In this document: piece after piece, positions 1-13,090 of the stretch
Numbering within the stretch: position 1 is the first letter of the stretch
Layout of the letters: the number at the start of each line of letters is the position of its first letter
Source: Veleropilina oligotropha
Lineage: Eukaryota
Direction of reading: 5' to 3'
NCBI GenBank assembly: GCA_048128005.1
Contig: JBEUKZ010000117.1
Coordinates: 1 to 64,000, forward strand
Length of the DNA stretch: 64,000 nucleotides
Translations under genes and position numbers: made by a program
The notes under the pieces: generated by a model
Databases searched by the model: none
The model's input: only the letters and a program-made list of their open reading frames with translations
Told to the model about the DNA's origin: nothing

Positions 1-256
1 ATTGCGTTTGGACGCAAAATGATTGCGTTTAAACGCAATGTTATTGCGTTTGGACGCAAAATGATTGCGTTCAAACGCAATGTTATTGCATTTGAACGCA
101 ATGTTATTGCGTTTGAACGCAATCTTATTGCGTTTGAACGCAATCTTATTGCGTTTGAACGCAATGATATTGCGTTTGAACGCAATCTTATTGCGTTTGA
201 ACGCAAAACATTAAAAATAAAAATATTTTTACCCCTGAAGCTAATGGGCTGCCGTA
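1..256 (-). repeat. Terminal inverted repeat (21-bp tandem array) of a second, inverted copy of the IS3EU-like transposon extending upstream of the window
   Basis: ATTGCGTTTGAACGCAAT-type 21-bp units ending ...CCCCTGAAGCTAATGGGCTGCCGTA at 256; near reverse complement of 372-680, including the GGACGCAAAATG variant units. Confidence 0.85.
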
Positions 257-790
257 TATATCATGTAAAGCCAATGTGCGATCATTAGGGGCAATACTAT
301 GGAGTCGAATTGGTGCAAAAATTATACATCCTACATTCTTTATTCTACATCCATCATTCATCATGCTACATTACGGCAGCCCATTAGCTTCAGGGGTAAA
401 AATATTTTTATTGCGTTTGAACGCAATGTTTTGCGTTCAAACGCAATAAGATTGCGTTCAAACGCAATAACATTGCGTTCAAACGCAATAAGATTGCGTT
501 CAAACGCAATAAGATTGCGTTCAAACGCAATAACATTGCGTTCAAATGCAATAACATTGCGTTTAAACGCAATCATTTTGCGTCCAAACGCAATAACATT
601 GCGTTTAAACGCAATCATTTTGCGTCCAAACGCAATGTTATTGCGTTTGAACGCAATAACATTTGAGTTCAAATGCAATGTGATAGGTTGTATGCTTTTC
701 GTGTTGATATTTCCATGGACAAGAGTAAACGGAGGAACAATAAGTTATATCTAATGCTTTTGGTGTTGATATTTTATTTGACAACGGCGG

Positions 791-2508
791 ATGGAGGTAC
801 TTAATTCACTACTGAGGTTCTATTCCAGTTTATACATTTCCCAGAAAAATGTATTGGAGATCTTAGCTCAGAATCACAACATTGTTATCAGCCGTTCTAC
901 ATTGCAGCGAAAATTAAAAGCACTGAAAATACACAGACGAACTAACAAAACGGATATCCTTGAGATAGCTGATTATCTTCTGAAAAAGCTAGATAATTCC
1001 AGTTCCCTGCATGGATATAAATGGATGCATTTGAAATGTCTCAGCGATGGATTTGTCGTTGATCGTGATACCATAAGAATTTTGCTGCAAATACTAGATA
1101 AAGAAGGGGTAGAGTTACGAAAGCGGCGTCGTTTACTACGACGACGCTACTATAATCACGGTCCAAACTTCGCTTGGCACATAGATTCGTATGATAAGCT
1201 GCGGCCATATGGGATTTTTATAAATGGATGCATCGATGGATTTTCTCGATTAATGATATGGCTTCATGCCAGTGGTGGATGTATGGCCCGTAGTATTGCA
1301 AGATATTTTGCGAAAGCGGTCAAGTGCAGAAACGGTAGTCCCCGACTGGTTCGGACCGATATGGGTGTTGAAAATGGAGCGCTACACAAAATGCAAATAT
1401 TCCTTAGAAGAAATCATGACGATTCTCGTGCTGCAAACAAAGCGTTGTATGTGGAGATAGCAGAGCAAACCAACGTATCGAATCCTGGTGGGGAATTATC
1501 AGGAAGGAATGTGCACAATTCTGGATGGATTTATTGAAACAAATTCGAGATGATGGTAACTTTAATGGTGGTGATCTCGACAAGCAGCTAATAAGATTTT
1601 GTTTCCTTGACATTATCCAGGTATGTATTCTAACCATTATATTATAATAATTTGTTTTTCCTCCTTCATTGGTAATCAAATTGAATATTCATAAAATAGT
1701 TACTGATGATTGATAAAGTTTACCTATGATATCGTACGATATTGCTAACATGTATTTGCATATTTTTCATACATATACATGCAAGGAACCATACTGAATG
1801 AAAATGAATGACTAAATATTTCCGGTTGTATTTCACATCTAATGTATCAACAATATTCATGTGGATTATAATTAGATAAGGATATTAAATTTTCATCTGT
1901 ATTTACGGTTTAGAAACAATAATATTGTTTCACGATGAAATGGAAAGTAAACAATAACTTCATCCAGGCTGGAATAATGTATTATTTCAAATCGAACGGA
2001 AAGTGCAAGTCAACTGAAATAGTCACTTGTAAATGCAAATTTGATTGAGAACCAATAAATCTTTAATATTTGAACTCGTATACCATCATTGCGTTTTCGT
2101 AAGTTATTTTGTTTAATGAATGTCTGATTTTCAACTCATGTCTATGTGCGCATATTAAGCGTTGTTGTAAGTACATAGAGTTTTTTCATCTTGATTTCTT
2201 TTCAGGCAGATCTTGACAGCACCGTGGAGGTATGGAATAAACACCATATTCGAAGTACATCTACCACGGGCTTGCCATGCGATAAACCTGCATTGTTGTA
2301 TACGCTTCCTCAACTGTTTGGTTTCACGGACATTGAAGTTTGTGAACAGGAAACGCTTGAAATCAGCAACAGGTTATCATGTGATCAAGATTTAGTGGAT
2401 TTATGCGAAATTCTCATGACAGAATATGGTTGGACAAGATCCGTCGATCCATATGAAACTGTGTCTCTATACCAGTCTTTAAGAACATCCATTACTGAGC
2501 TTCTTTAG
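791..2508 (+). pseudogene. Integrase-core (DDE) transposase, 2 exons (791-1620, 2206-2508), with one frameshift near 1440
   Basis: N-terminal HTH-like ISRSTLQRKL; GPNFAWHIDSYDKL, GCIDGFSR, RTDMGVENG; shifted frame continues GDSRANQRIESWW...FCFLDIIQ; GT donor at 1621 and TTTTCAG acceptor at 2205 join to ADLDSTVEVWNKHHIR. Confidence 0.85.
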
Positions 2509-3180
2509 ATAAATATTTGAATAAGAGCATTTAAAAATAATTTCAGTCATATGCAGTACATATCAACCTGATTTAACGTCTTTACTTGATAATACGGGTT
2601 TGTCTTCATCATCGAAGGGGACATGATTTGGTGTAATGAGTTCGATACGGGTTTACCGGTATTTTTCGCTTTCAAGAGCGCTGTCCCAAATCCACATGTC
2701 CGTCCGGGTTAAACTGTGTTTCATAATCATCGAACGATTGTTATAGTGGTCGCAAAACAACTAAGCAAACCAAACCCTAGAAGTCGATTCAGTTATCGAC
2801 CGATCAGAAATCAATATTTCTTGCCATCTACTTCTTGAAGTATACTGCATTTAAATTGGAGAACCACGGTTCTAAATGAATGACGTCACGCATCAATAAA
2901 ACAAAGAAACGGTAAACGAAAGTAAGGCTACATTCATGATTCTCACTGATGAAGGAATGAACAGTAACGAAATGAACAATACAGCCATGATATAAAAATT
3001 AAGTTTATCGCAAAGCAAGAGTAATGATACACACGTAATAATTCAACGCAATATTAAAACAATATAAGAAATACAAATTCATGTTTGGTATATACTTAAT
3101 AATCTTACAAATCTTCAATAATGTACCTATGCTCGGTTGAGCATGCAGATTTTTTGTATTTATGTCCTGTGTCGGTAATT

Positions 3181-3740
3181 TATGGTGGCATATTTCTGCC
3201 ATCCACATATTCACATATCCACTTAATTATGTAGTCTTAGTATCTAGATAATTAAGTGGTTATCTACATAATTTATCTACTTAGTCACATAAATATGTCG
3301 ATATGTAGATAATATATCCACTTAGCGACATACGGAATGTTTTGCGTTAAAATATATTTCCTTAAAAATATCGACGCGATGCTCGGAAGTGCCATCTACA
3401 TATCCACATACGTTATCTTAAAATAGTCGGATCGTCAAAATCTGTGGCCAAAGAAATGAAGCTTTATAACTACTGTAGAGGATCATCATCCCCCCTTCGT
3501 GGTCCCACCGACGAGGATACTTCACCTATCGCCGTCAAATTAACCGGAGTGTATGTGAATATGTCGATGGCAGTTTAGCGCACTGTGTAAATTTTCGATC
3601 GTGATATCCACTTACGCAAAACGATGATGTATGTCGCTAACTAGATATAGTATCTAGATAACCACATAATTATCTAGATACTAAGACTACACAATTAAGT
3701 AGATATGTGAATATGTGAATGGCAGAAATATGCCACCATA
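3181..3740. mobile_element. Non-autonomous TIR element (MITE) nested in the IS3EU-like element
   Basis: TATGGTGGCATATTTCTGCCAT...ATGGCAGAAATATGCCACCATA, more than 70 bp of inverted repeat; 6-bp TSD GTAATT at 3175-3180 and 3741-3746. Confidence 0.9.
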
Positions 3741-4499
3741 GTAATTGCTTCACAAATCAATATTATTATTAAAATATAGCCAGATCAGAATATCGTATAT
3801 TATATTAAAATCTGAATAGTTCTTCAGGTCAAATTTGTCGGACATATTAACAATTAAAAGAGCGAGCGTTTGAAATTACCATGTAAATAAAAGGTGACAG
3901 ATTGCATTATATGTATTCACATAATTCAAGATAGGTATAATAAAGTAATAGTGATTTAGAAAAAATATATATGGTTTCAATAAATAAGGAGTTTGTAAGA
4001 GAAGGAAGACTGCCTTTTAACTCGTAGTATCGAGCCAGCGTTTGGTGTGATCAATCAGACATTTTGATGAAATGCGAGATCCTGTTATATTTCGTTACGA
4101 TTAGATCACCATATGTATACATTATATCGTGTGCAACAGTATAATTACGATTAACCTTTCTGTTATTTGACGTCTTTGTTTCTATACATCGTGTGTTCTA
4201 TATGTTATAAGTTTTGCATATCATAACGGTTGTTGACCTAAGATTTTGAAATCGTCACTGTCGTAAAAGTTATTGAATGTTAAAAATTTGAAAATGAATC
4301 TTTTCGAAGTTATATTTTTATAGATTTTTAGATTTAAGGTAAAATCAATGTGGAATGGCCGAATAAAGGTTTATCGTTATTAATGAAATCGACAAATAAT
4401 TGTATCAGTCTTTTCAGTCAAAATCATATTGCTAAATTCAATTAAAATCTGCCATATACTGATTATACAAGCATGACAAAGACCGAGTCGGCCGCTTCC

Positions 4500-5130
4500 A
4501 CAGAGTAGTGACATTAGGCGTCTTCAGCCCTTCTATATTTTATATAAGCCTTCTGTTTTTTGTGGACTGAATTGCATATGCCAAGCTCGTGACCATGAGT
4601 GAATCCTAACTAATTCAGCATTTAAAGTGCTTTCAAGTTGTAATTTGTACACTGAAGACATAGATATGGAGGTATCATCTGCAAAAAGTCTTGTGTCTAC
4701 GCTTAATAGCTCAGGCAAATCATTTATGAACAGCAGAAATAGAAGGGGCCCAACACTGACCCCTGAGGGACAGAAGCCGTTAAATTGGCAATATTCGATG
4801 TGCTGCCATTTATTTGCACTCGTTGTCTTCTATTTGTTAGGTAATCTTTTATCCAAAGTGTATTCCGTAATGCATTAGTTTATAAATTAACCCCTTATGC
4901 CAAGACTTTGTCAAATGCTTTGGAGACACCAATGAAAATTAGGCAAATAGCTTCATAGTTGTCCATGGAACGACATATTTGTCATATATTTCTATAAGTT
5001 GGTTTATCGTACTATATCCAGGTTGAAGCCACTCTTGTTCTTGTATAAAAGTTAATTCTCTAGCAAAACATTTTGAATAGTACGCTTGTGGATTATACAC
5101 TCATATATTTTGCCTAAGCAGCTTAAAATC
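4500..5130 (-). pseudogene. Decayed non-LTR retrotransposon reverse transcriptase fragment
   Basis: Minus-strand SKAFDKV, GPLLFLLFINDLP, RLFADDT and W...WHMQFSPQKT motifs, broken by stops and frameshifts. Confidence 0.8.
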
Positions 5131-5523
5131 ATATCTTTGTTTGTAGATTCTGTGGAAATAAAAAAATAAGTGAGTTATTTATATATTGTATATAATCATT
5201 ATTCTACGCCGAGTGTACAAGACACATGCATTACTAATCAGGGCCGGATCCAGGAATTATGCGATGTTTACTATCCATTTTTTTGTTTATTTTACACTGA
5301 AAACGTTCATTTAAAAATATTTTTATTTTTTTAATATTTCACTTTTCAAAGGGGGGGCTGGATCCACCACTGCTAATCATGTTTCTTGCATCATTAAAGT
5401 TCAGAGTGCGCATGCAGTGCGTATTAAACACACAAAACGCCGATTGCGCATGCTCCGTTGAAACCACACATTGAGTAGGATCAGGAACACATAACCATCT
5501 CAACTCATTATTTGGTTGTTTAC

Positions 5524-5909
5524 TATTATACAGATATGACATTCTAATAATGTAGATCTCTCAGTGACTTTTTCAGAGTGGTTCCATAATGATTATTGGA
5601 TTTTTCCTATACACAGGAACATTAAAGATGAAAATGCGGGTGAGCTCGTTTCTCGAGTCGGTTTATATTATACAGATATGACATTCTGATAATGTAGATA
5701 TCTCAGTGACTTGTGCAGAGTGGTTCCATAATGATTATTGGATTTTTCCTATACACAGGAACATTAAAGATGAAAATGCGGGTGAGCTCGTTTCTCGAGT
5801 CGGTTTATATTATACAGATATGACATTCTGATAATGTAGATATCTCAGTGACTTGTGCAGAGTGGTTCCATAATGATTATTGGATTTTTCCTATACACAG
5901 GAACATTAA
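5524..5909. repeat. Tandem repeat, 142-bp unit, about 2.7 copies
   Basis: TATTATACAGATATGACATTC recurs at 5524, 5666 and 5808. Confidence 0.9.
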
Positions 5910-8900
5910 CCTGCTTGAAAATGTCCCAATTGACTGTCATGCAACTCTTTCAAAAATTTGTTCAAATACTTTGATACGACCTTTTGGCAATCAGACATTT
6001 CCGACGGAAATGCAATCATGGCTGTCACCTTTTTGGCTGTAGGTCTTGATGCTTGGTATATCTTGTCTAGTCTATCTGATGTCAGCTGCAATTTCTGCAA
6101 ATGATTGTGCCAAATGTCCACTACGAGCCTCGGTTCATCTATCAACTCTTTTTCCGCAATTTCAAAGAGAATTTGACTAATATTTTCCTTCGTTGGACTT
6201 CTTCTGCACTTATGGTCGCTCAGGACTTCCAAAAGGTCGTCGTTATCGACACCGTCATAATCTGTCATAGCTTGCTCTAAGATATGCTTTTCACCAATAC
6301 TGATGAAGTTCATGAAATCTTCCAAAACTGATGCTTGTGCGATGTTGGTCATGACCATTCCAGATAATGCTTGGTGCATAAAGCACCGCGCCAGCAGAAT
6401 GGGAAAATAATGGCATTGTTCGAATCCCGTTTTCATGATAACGCCAACAGCATCCCATTTTCTATGATTAAAATCATGCCGAAGAAATGGAACTTTGCAC
6501 CTTGTGCCTAATGTGCATTTTCCATAAAACTCTTCCCAAAATTCTGATAGGTTATCTCTTAACACGCCGCCCGAGTCGTCGGCGTTTTCCATTTCTCCAT
6601 TGGGGAGTAGTCGTTTAACATTCAAGATGACAAAATTGTCCCCCAGTGATTTATCTTTATCAAAAGCCTCGATCATATATTCCATGGCATATCCTCTACG
6701 TATTATCAGTTCTTTAAGTGAAGCAATTGGGGAACTAGTGACATATGGTAAAGTGTCATACAACGATTCGTGCTCTGTTACGAATATGGGCCCGAAAGCA
6801 ATCGCGTCATCTGAAGCTATATTATAATCTATGTTAGCATTATTCTGTGAAGGCGGACACACGTCGACAGATTCATTGAACTGAATGCATTCAATAGGGT
6901 GGATGGTGTGTTCACGTTCAATTGGCTGGATGGTGTGTTCGCGCTCAGTAATAAGCTGGATCGTGTTTTCAGGTATTGAACGGATTTGTAGTGTGCGATG
7001 CTCCGATTTCTCGTCATGCAAGTCTGGCAAATAATCCGATTCTGTATGCGAGTCTGTAGATGTTATCGTATATGACATGCTATTGATACCATTACTGCAT
7101 TCGCCCGACATATTATTCCGCTGAGTATGAGCTTCAAATATGACATCGAGCTCTGGAAGGACCAAACTATCATTCGTCAAACTGAAACCAGGGTCGCTAT
7201 CATATATCAAAGGAATAGCAGGATGCAAAGGAAATATGCTATCACTTGTTATCACGACATTATCATTTTTCGCATCAATGTTTGGATTTGGACCAACCTC
7301 TGTACATTTTGCATCTTCTTCGATATGATCTCTCATTAAGGATGTTACGATATAAAAACGTAGTTTCATTTTTGTTCTTTCATATATATGTTCAAGTGTT
7401 TCTGACTCGACCAGGGAGTTTCCCTCAAAGTCGGCAACATCGAAATCATAAGAATCAGCGGGTCCATGCGATGATTCTCCATTGGGGAAAAATAACGTCA
7501 TGCCGCTAATTAGAATGTCGTCTTTTTGGGCAGAAACATTCATTGATACCTTTCTAGTGCCCCCTCCTGTTTTTTGGCGTATTTGCTTTTTGGATTTTGT
7601 GACTGGGTCTGTTTCCATCCATCCAAGTTCTATCTGTCGAAATCTACGTTTGCAATTCTTATTTCCATATCGTTGCATCGGTCGTATTTTTAATTTACTT
7701 CCAGGATCGCTTTGCTCCTCTCTCTCATCACTGCTACTGCTACCTTTTCGCTTCATTCCTAATTTTGTTCTTAGTGTGTGTAATATTCTTGACTTTTTTG
7801 ATTTAGTATCCACACTAGAAAGCAGCTTTTTACAAAAATCTGTAATGCAGATTCTATCACCATACGCCGAAAAGTATTCTTTTAGATCGTCATCGTCCAT
7901 AAGGAGAACTGCATTAGGGTCAATCTGGAGAAAAGGGGTTAACATGTGAAATCCATATTTGAAAAATGCAAATAATTAGATCTACAGTTTTTTCATGGTC
8001 TGATAATTAGTACTTTTGGTTACATTAGTACTACGTTTGGTTACTTCGAAGTGATGGGCTCATTTTCATAATACGTTTTTGGAATATGCAGCGTCTGTAG
8101 GAAAGCTTGGATTAACCGTGAAACCCACGCACACCCGTGTCGAAGTACCTTACCTCGCAAATGTTGTCTCAGATCGGATTGAAAGCCACAACGCCAAGGC
8201 CAGAGCAAGAAGATCAATAAGATTTAACGTCTTCGCTTTACCAGTAGGCCAGCTGGTGTCATTACAGCATAGATACCATAATAATAAGACAGAAAGGTGA
8301 AACTGCTAATTGTATTGTAATTAGGTCCGTATGTATGTATGTATTTCTGCTAATTATTGATCCGATCTACTTGTACTTGAAATGTGTACACTGGATATGA
8401 TGGAGTGAATGAAGTCAATTATCGGTAAATTTTACAAGTGTGCGCGAATAAGCGAATATCAATATTTTGCCAACAACACATGAAAAACACACTGCTATGC
8501 ACGAAAAGTTGTCTACTCGTAAAGTAATAAGTTCGAAATCTAACACGTTAACTATTAATTGTGTCCGTAATCAACATATCTCACGAGTGGACCCTATTCA
8601 GTCAGAGGTTGTTTAAGGCTCGCTGCCTGTTTGCGCATGACCAGTCAAGACAACTGCTCCACAGAATATGCGGCCCCACAAAATATGCCACACCGGATTT
8701 TATTACGCAATATCCGGTGTAAGGATTTTCGGCTGTAGTGTTAAAACACTTCGTCGAAGAAACTTCAAATTAGACTCAAAATGTTCTTTAGATCACGTGA
8801 AACTGTCATTTTGAATTGCATAGGATCTACATTACACAAGATGGCAACCAGAGATGTTAAATAATACTGAAGAGGGTGAATAAATTATATAAAAAAACGT

Positions 8901-10250
8901 ACCAATTCGAAAGATTTTGTCAAATTTCACGATTCACCGCATTCAACTGGTACTATTATACTGTAGTAATATTGAAGAAAAGAATTCGAAACTAGAAATA
9001 TGTTCACCGGAACATGAAATGCCCCCACTATTTATCAAGTAAAATGAATTTTGTTAATTTTACGGTGATCTACTTTATGTACACACGGCACCTTTGGGTT
9101 ATGACGCATGCAGACATCAAGTTTCGTGTCTCTCGGTTAAATAGTATGGGAGATATGGAGCAGAAGGGAATTTTTGACAAAATGCGGTCAAGTGTGAAAA
9201 GTAGGTCGCAGTGACCTATTTTGGGTACGCGACACACCTTTGGGTTAATACGCATCCACATATCAAGTTTCGTGTCCCTAGGTCAAATGGTGCTATAGAT
9301 ATGGACCGGAGCAGAATTGGCAACAGACCGACCGACAGACAAGCTGACTCCTATATGCCCCCCCCTAAACTTCGTTTGTGGGGGCAAAACAAAATGTGAA
9401 ATGTTTCAAAAATGCATAAGAAAAGACAACAAGGGGCTTATCTTTAACCGAGCCGGCCAGTATCTACAACTTTCTCCCAGAGTTTGTTCTTGAATTTTTG
9501 CTCCGAAGCAAAAACAGTCGTCATTTTGCGATATCTTTAATAACTCAAAAAATAAACAACATTGATTAAAACAGATATTACAGACCTTGATCCTTATTGT
9601 ACTGCCACAGGAGAACCCTACCTTGGGTAAAATTTTCAAGTGGATCGGAGCAACAGTTTTTTACTCAAGTGGTCAGCAGACAAACAATCAGACGGACCCA
9701 AACGCAATAACCTCGCCTCCCCCTTGGGGACAAGTGTAATAAACAATACCTCTATGGATTAGTATGTGTAACCTAGTATTGCAGATAAACGACCGACAGA
9801 TTATAATTAATGAGCGGTATTTTGTTTTAATATTTTAAATACGGTACCAACTGCATATCATCATCATTAACAATATCAACTTGCGTACCAAAATGGAAAA
9901 GTATACAAGAGATAATTATTTATTTTTTTGGTCCCAACCATGTCTGATAACCTAGTAATGTCTCCGACAGGATTCGAACCCGCGTCGCACGCCGAGTGTC
10001 AATGCCAATAATTGGTCAATGCTAACAAAATATACAAGAACTTTGGTAACGACTGACCAATTATTATAAACACTAATGTAGTGATGCATCTGCGTTGTTC
10101 AGACGCACGTGAAGTTAGCAGTAGTCTCTTGTGGGGGGAAATGTATGCTTGCTGCGTGCAGTCGATGCTTAATACCTTGTTTTTCTGGAGTTTCTTTATG
10201 GTTGCTTCAGCAATTCCCCTGGTTCGCATGTATTCCAGAAACTGATCCAT
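5906..10250 (-). CDS. Spliced gene: N-terminal SAM-like domain, basic/ubiquitin-like region, acidic linker and HECT-like E3 ligase N-lobe (exon 1 10250-10176; exon 2 7924 to about 5910; 3' end not located)
   Basis: MDQFLEYMRTRGIAEATIKKLQKNK|gt...ag|IDPNAVLLMDDDDLKEYFSAYGDR joins in phase 0; the 679-codon ORF contains ENADDSGGVLRDNLSEFWEEF...WDAVGVIMKTGF...YFPILLARCF, resembling the HECT 'E.g.D.GGv.RE' start. Confidence 0.65.
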
Positions 10251-12556
10251 TATACCAATGCTGAAATATAATTCATACAATATGAAATAAGTCTAATGCA
10301 ATCTAGTACATAGGTATATGTGTATGGATAAGCCCATGGTTTACGCTTTATATCAATTTATCCAAACGGCTAACCATTTCCTTATTGTATATAGAAAAAA
10401 TGTAATTAAATTATAGAATCATAATATTATGGAGTAATTGTTTGTTTGCGGCGAGCGTATATATTTGTATGTTCGCGTCTTAAAATGCCTATAGCGGAAC
10501 GATGACGCTAATTTCGCGCAAAGCGACGCTCTTTTTGTCGATACTTGCCTAGTGCAAAATGTACTGTCGACCATATGTATTGATTCCTTTGTATTATTTA
10601 TAACTGTTTGTTTATATTGAAACAAACGCTCGAGTGTCTGAAATGTTAATTCATTATTCGAAAAGCATAACAGCTATTTAACTCGACTACAACGACTTCC
10701 GAAGAGCATCGCTCCAGCATTGGGCATTTCTTCTAGGTCTGGAGAATCGTAGCATCTAAGCAATCATAATAAATCGGTTTCCGAAATCGACTGGAATATT
10801 AGAAAATATATCTACGTGAGAGGTAACTTTTTCGAACCGATTTTGTAAATAATAGTAAGCGATTTACTTAAACGAGAGCAAACTTCTCAAAATATCATCA
10901 TTCAACTAAGTATTAAAAAGTCACAACTGTTTGCATTATTTAACAAAACATGCATCGCGGTTGGCTTGATTTTATAAGACAGCAGAGCGACATTATAAGA
11001 GCCATAGTCTCTTTTTTAACTCAACGCCCACAAGGGCGAATAATTCATTTTCAAAATTTTAGCATTTAATAACTTTGACAACAGTGGGTGACCGATCTCG
11101 CTGACGATTTCAAAAGACTTAAATATGAAAAAGTCATAACTTTTGGTGGTGTTCATAGAAAATATCTTGCTGTTTGCTTGCTTTGCGATTTTAGAAGTAC
11201 GACATTACGCGCCATATAGTCTCTTTAATTAACTTCATACTGGTGAATAAATATTACGACAACAGTATAATTGATAACTTTCATCGACAAGATTACAATC
11301 ACATTACATATCTAACAAATAGGAACATCGACGCAGGACAACTCGCATAATATATTAGTTTATATATTTTCGTTCCAAAAACAACTTTGAAAATTAAAAC
11401 TGAACCACAAATTCAAACGAATAAATAAATAGAGATTTTCAAAATGTGCTTTTTACAAATGTGATCCCAGCAATATTACGATGCTAAATAACATTTTTAG
11501 GTTAGAAAAACCTCTTTGACTTCTGGAAAAGGCACCAAATGACGTTCTATAAAAAAATTGGGATTTATCTCACATAACCAATAATGTTTTGGAAAATATA
11601 TGTACAAACTTTAAATGAACCCCCAGAGTGCAGGAGAAGACGCTTTCAGTGACAAATGCTCAAAAATTTCCTTCCGCGTGGGGCCCCATCCCCACACGAA
11701 AGACGGACCCACGACGGCTGCTCCCCCCTAACAATTTGCCCAGATATATATAATCATTATTAGCAAGAAACCACCGAATAAATATAGTTTACTTACCTTA
11801 CTGCCATTACTGAAGACGTCAAAATGCATGCGATGTATGATATATATGTATAGGTTAGATGGCGGATTGGAGTCTTAGCAAAATAGGAGTCGAGCCCGTA
11901 GGGCGAGACTACTTTTTGATAAGAGTCTACAAGCTGCCGTCTAACCGACTTAGAAGCTAATTTCATTTCTCCACACAAATTATTTATAATTATCTAATTT
12001 GTTAAACTATTTATGTTATCGAAACACATATTTATTACAAAATAATTAGCTTTTTTACCAATATATCAAGAAGATCCATATTAACATTACAACCTGTCAC
12101 CCCTATTCTTAATAATGGGTAAGGCATCGCAAACAATAGACCTGCAAAGTGCCGTCTTCAGCAATAATTGACGAGAAATACTGCTCTCTCATTGGCCGAG
12201 AAATGAAATTGGCTTCTAAATATATATATACTTCTATTATGAACGCTGTCAAATTATCAAACTGACCCGACTATTTGGTCTAGAACGCGGACTTCAAAGT
12301 TACTTGTCAGACGATTGATCTTCCAAATCAAAGACCATGTATTGCATAGAGTACCTTTGATTCATGGTTGTTTTTAGACAAGCTTTTCTATGATTTTGAT
12401 TGGGCTGGAATCTGATTATTTCAGGTACATGTATATCGCAGTCGGAACCCACGGTTTAACGTGTCTATCCGACCAGACGTGCAACTGTGGATTATTTCGT
12501 CCGAGAAATTGAATGAAAGCTAAGTTAAATTCTATTCAATCGAGGTAGAATTAAAT

Positions 12557-13090
12557 TTAAAGATACTATAACGCCAAAAGTCAAGTCAACCCCGATGCAC
12601 GTTTAGTTGAATTATAACACAAAAAGTTATGACTTGTCAATGCTTGCATGTTGTGAGAAGTTTGCTGTCTTTTCAGTAAATCGCTATGAAGGGAACCTAC
12701 GACGCCTGATGTGGCTACTCTGTAAATGCTGCCTTCTCGATCTTTATCACATTATAATTTGACTAAGACAATGACAAATTATTTGTTGGTGTTATTAATA
12801 ATAAAAACCCTAAACTTATTACATATATTTGCCATTTCGACATTGATATTAACCCAAATGTAGAAAAATGATAGAAATCAACTCGGTGCAAGATAATTTT
12901 CGGACCGAAAAACCCAACAGATTTATGTTTATTGGCGATTTACTAAAACGGCAGCAAACTTCTCACACAATGCAAGCATTGAAAAGTCATAACTTTTTGT
13001 GTCATAAACAAAACATGCATCACGGTTGACTTGCTTTTTTATACGATATACATGTGTAGTTACAAAATCGGGCGCTATAGTATCCTTCAA
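12557..13090. mobile_element. Old MITE-like palindromic element
   Basis: About 12560-12685 is an imperfect reverse complement of about 12935-13090 (e.g. AAAAAGTTATGACTT / AAGTCATAACTTTTT); related fragment at about 10855-11010. Confidence 0.55.

Noticed and set aside
1..754. IAFERN / LRSNAI repeat ORFs and a CRISPR-like look
   Set aside because: 21-bp TIR array with only 3-nt variable spacers, eukaryotic context and no cas genes
9960..9995. tRNA T-arm-like GGGTTCGAATCCTG on the minus strand
   Set aside because: No complete cloverleaf visible; at most a SINE/tRNA fragment in an intron
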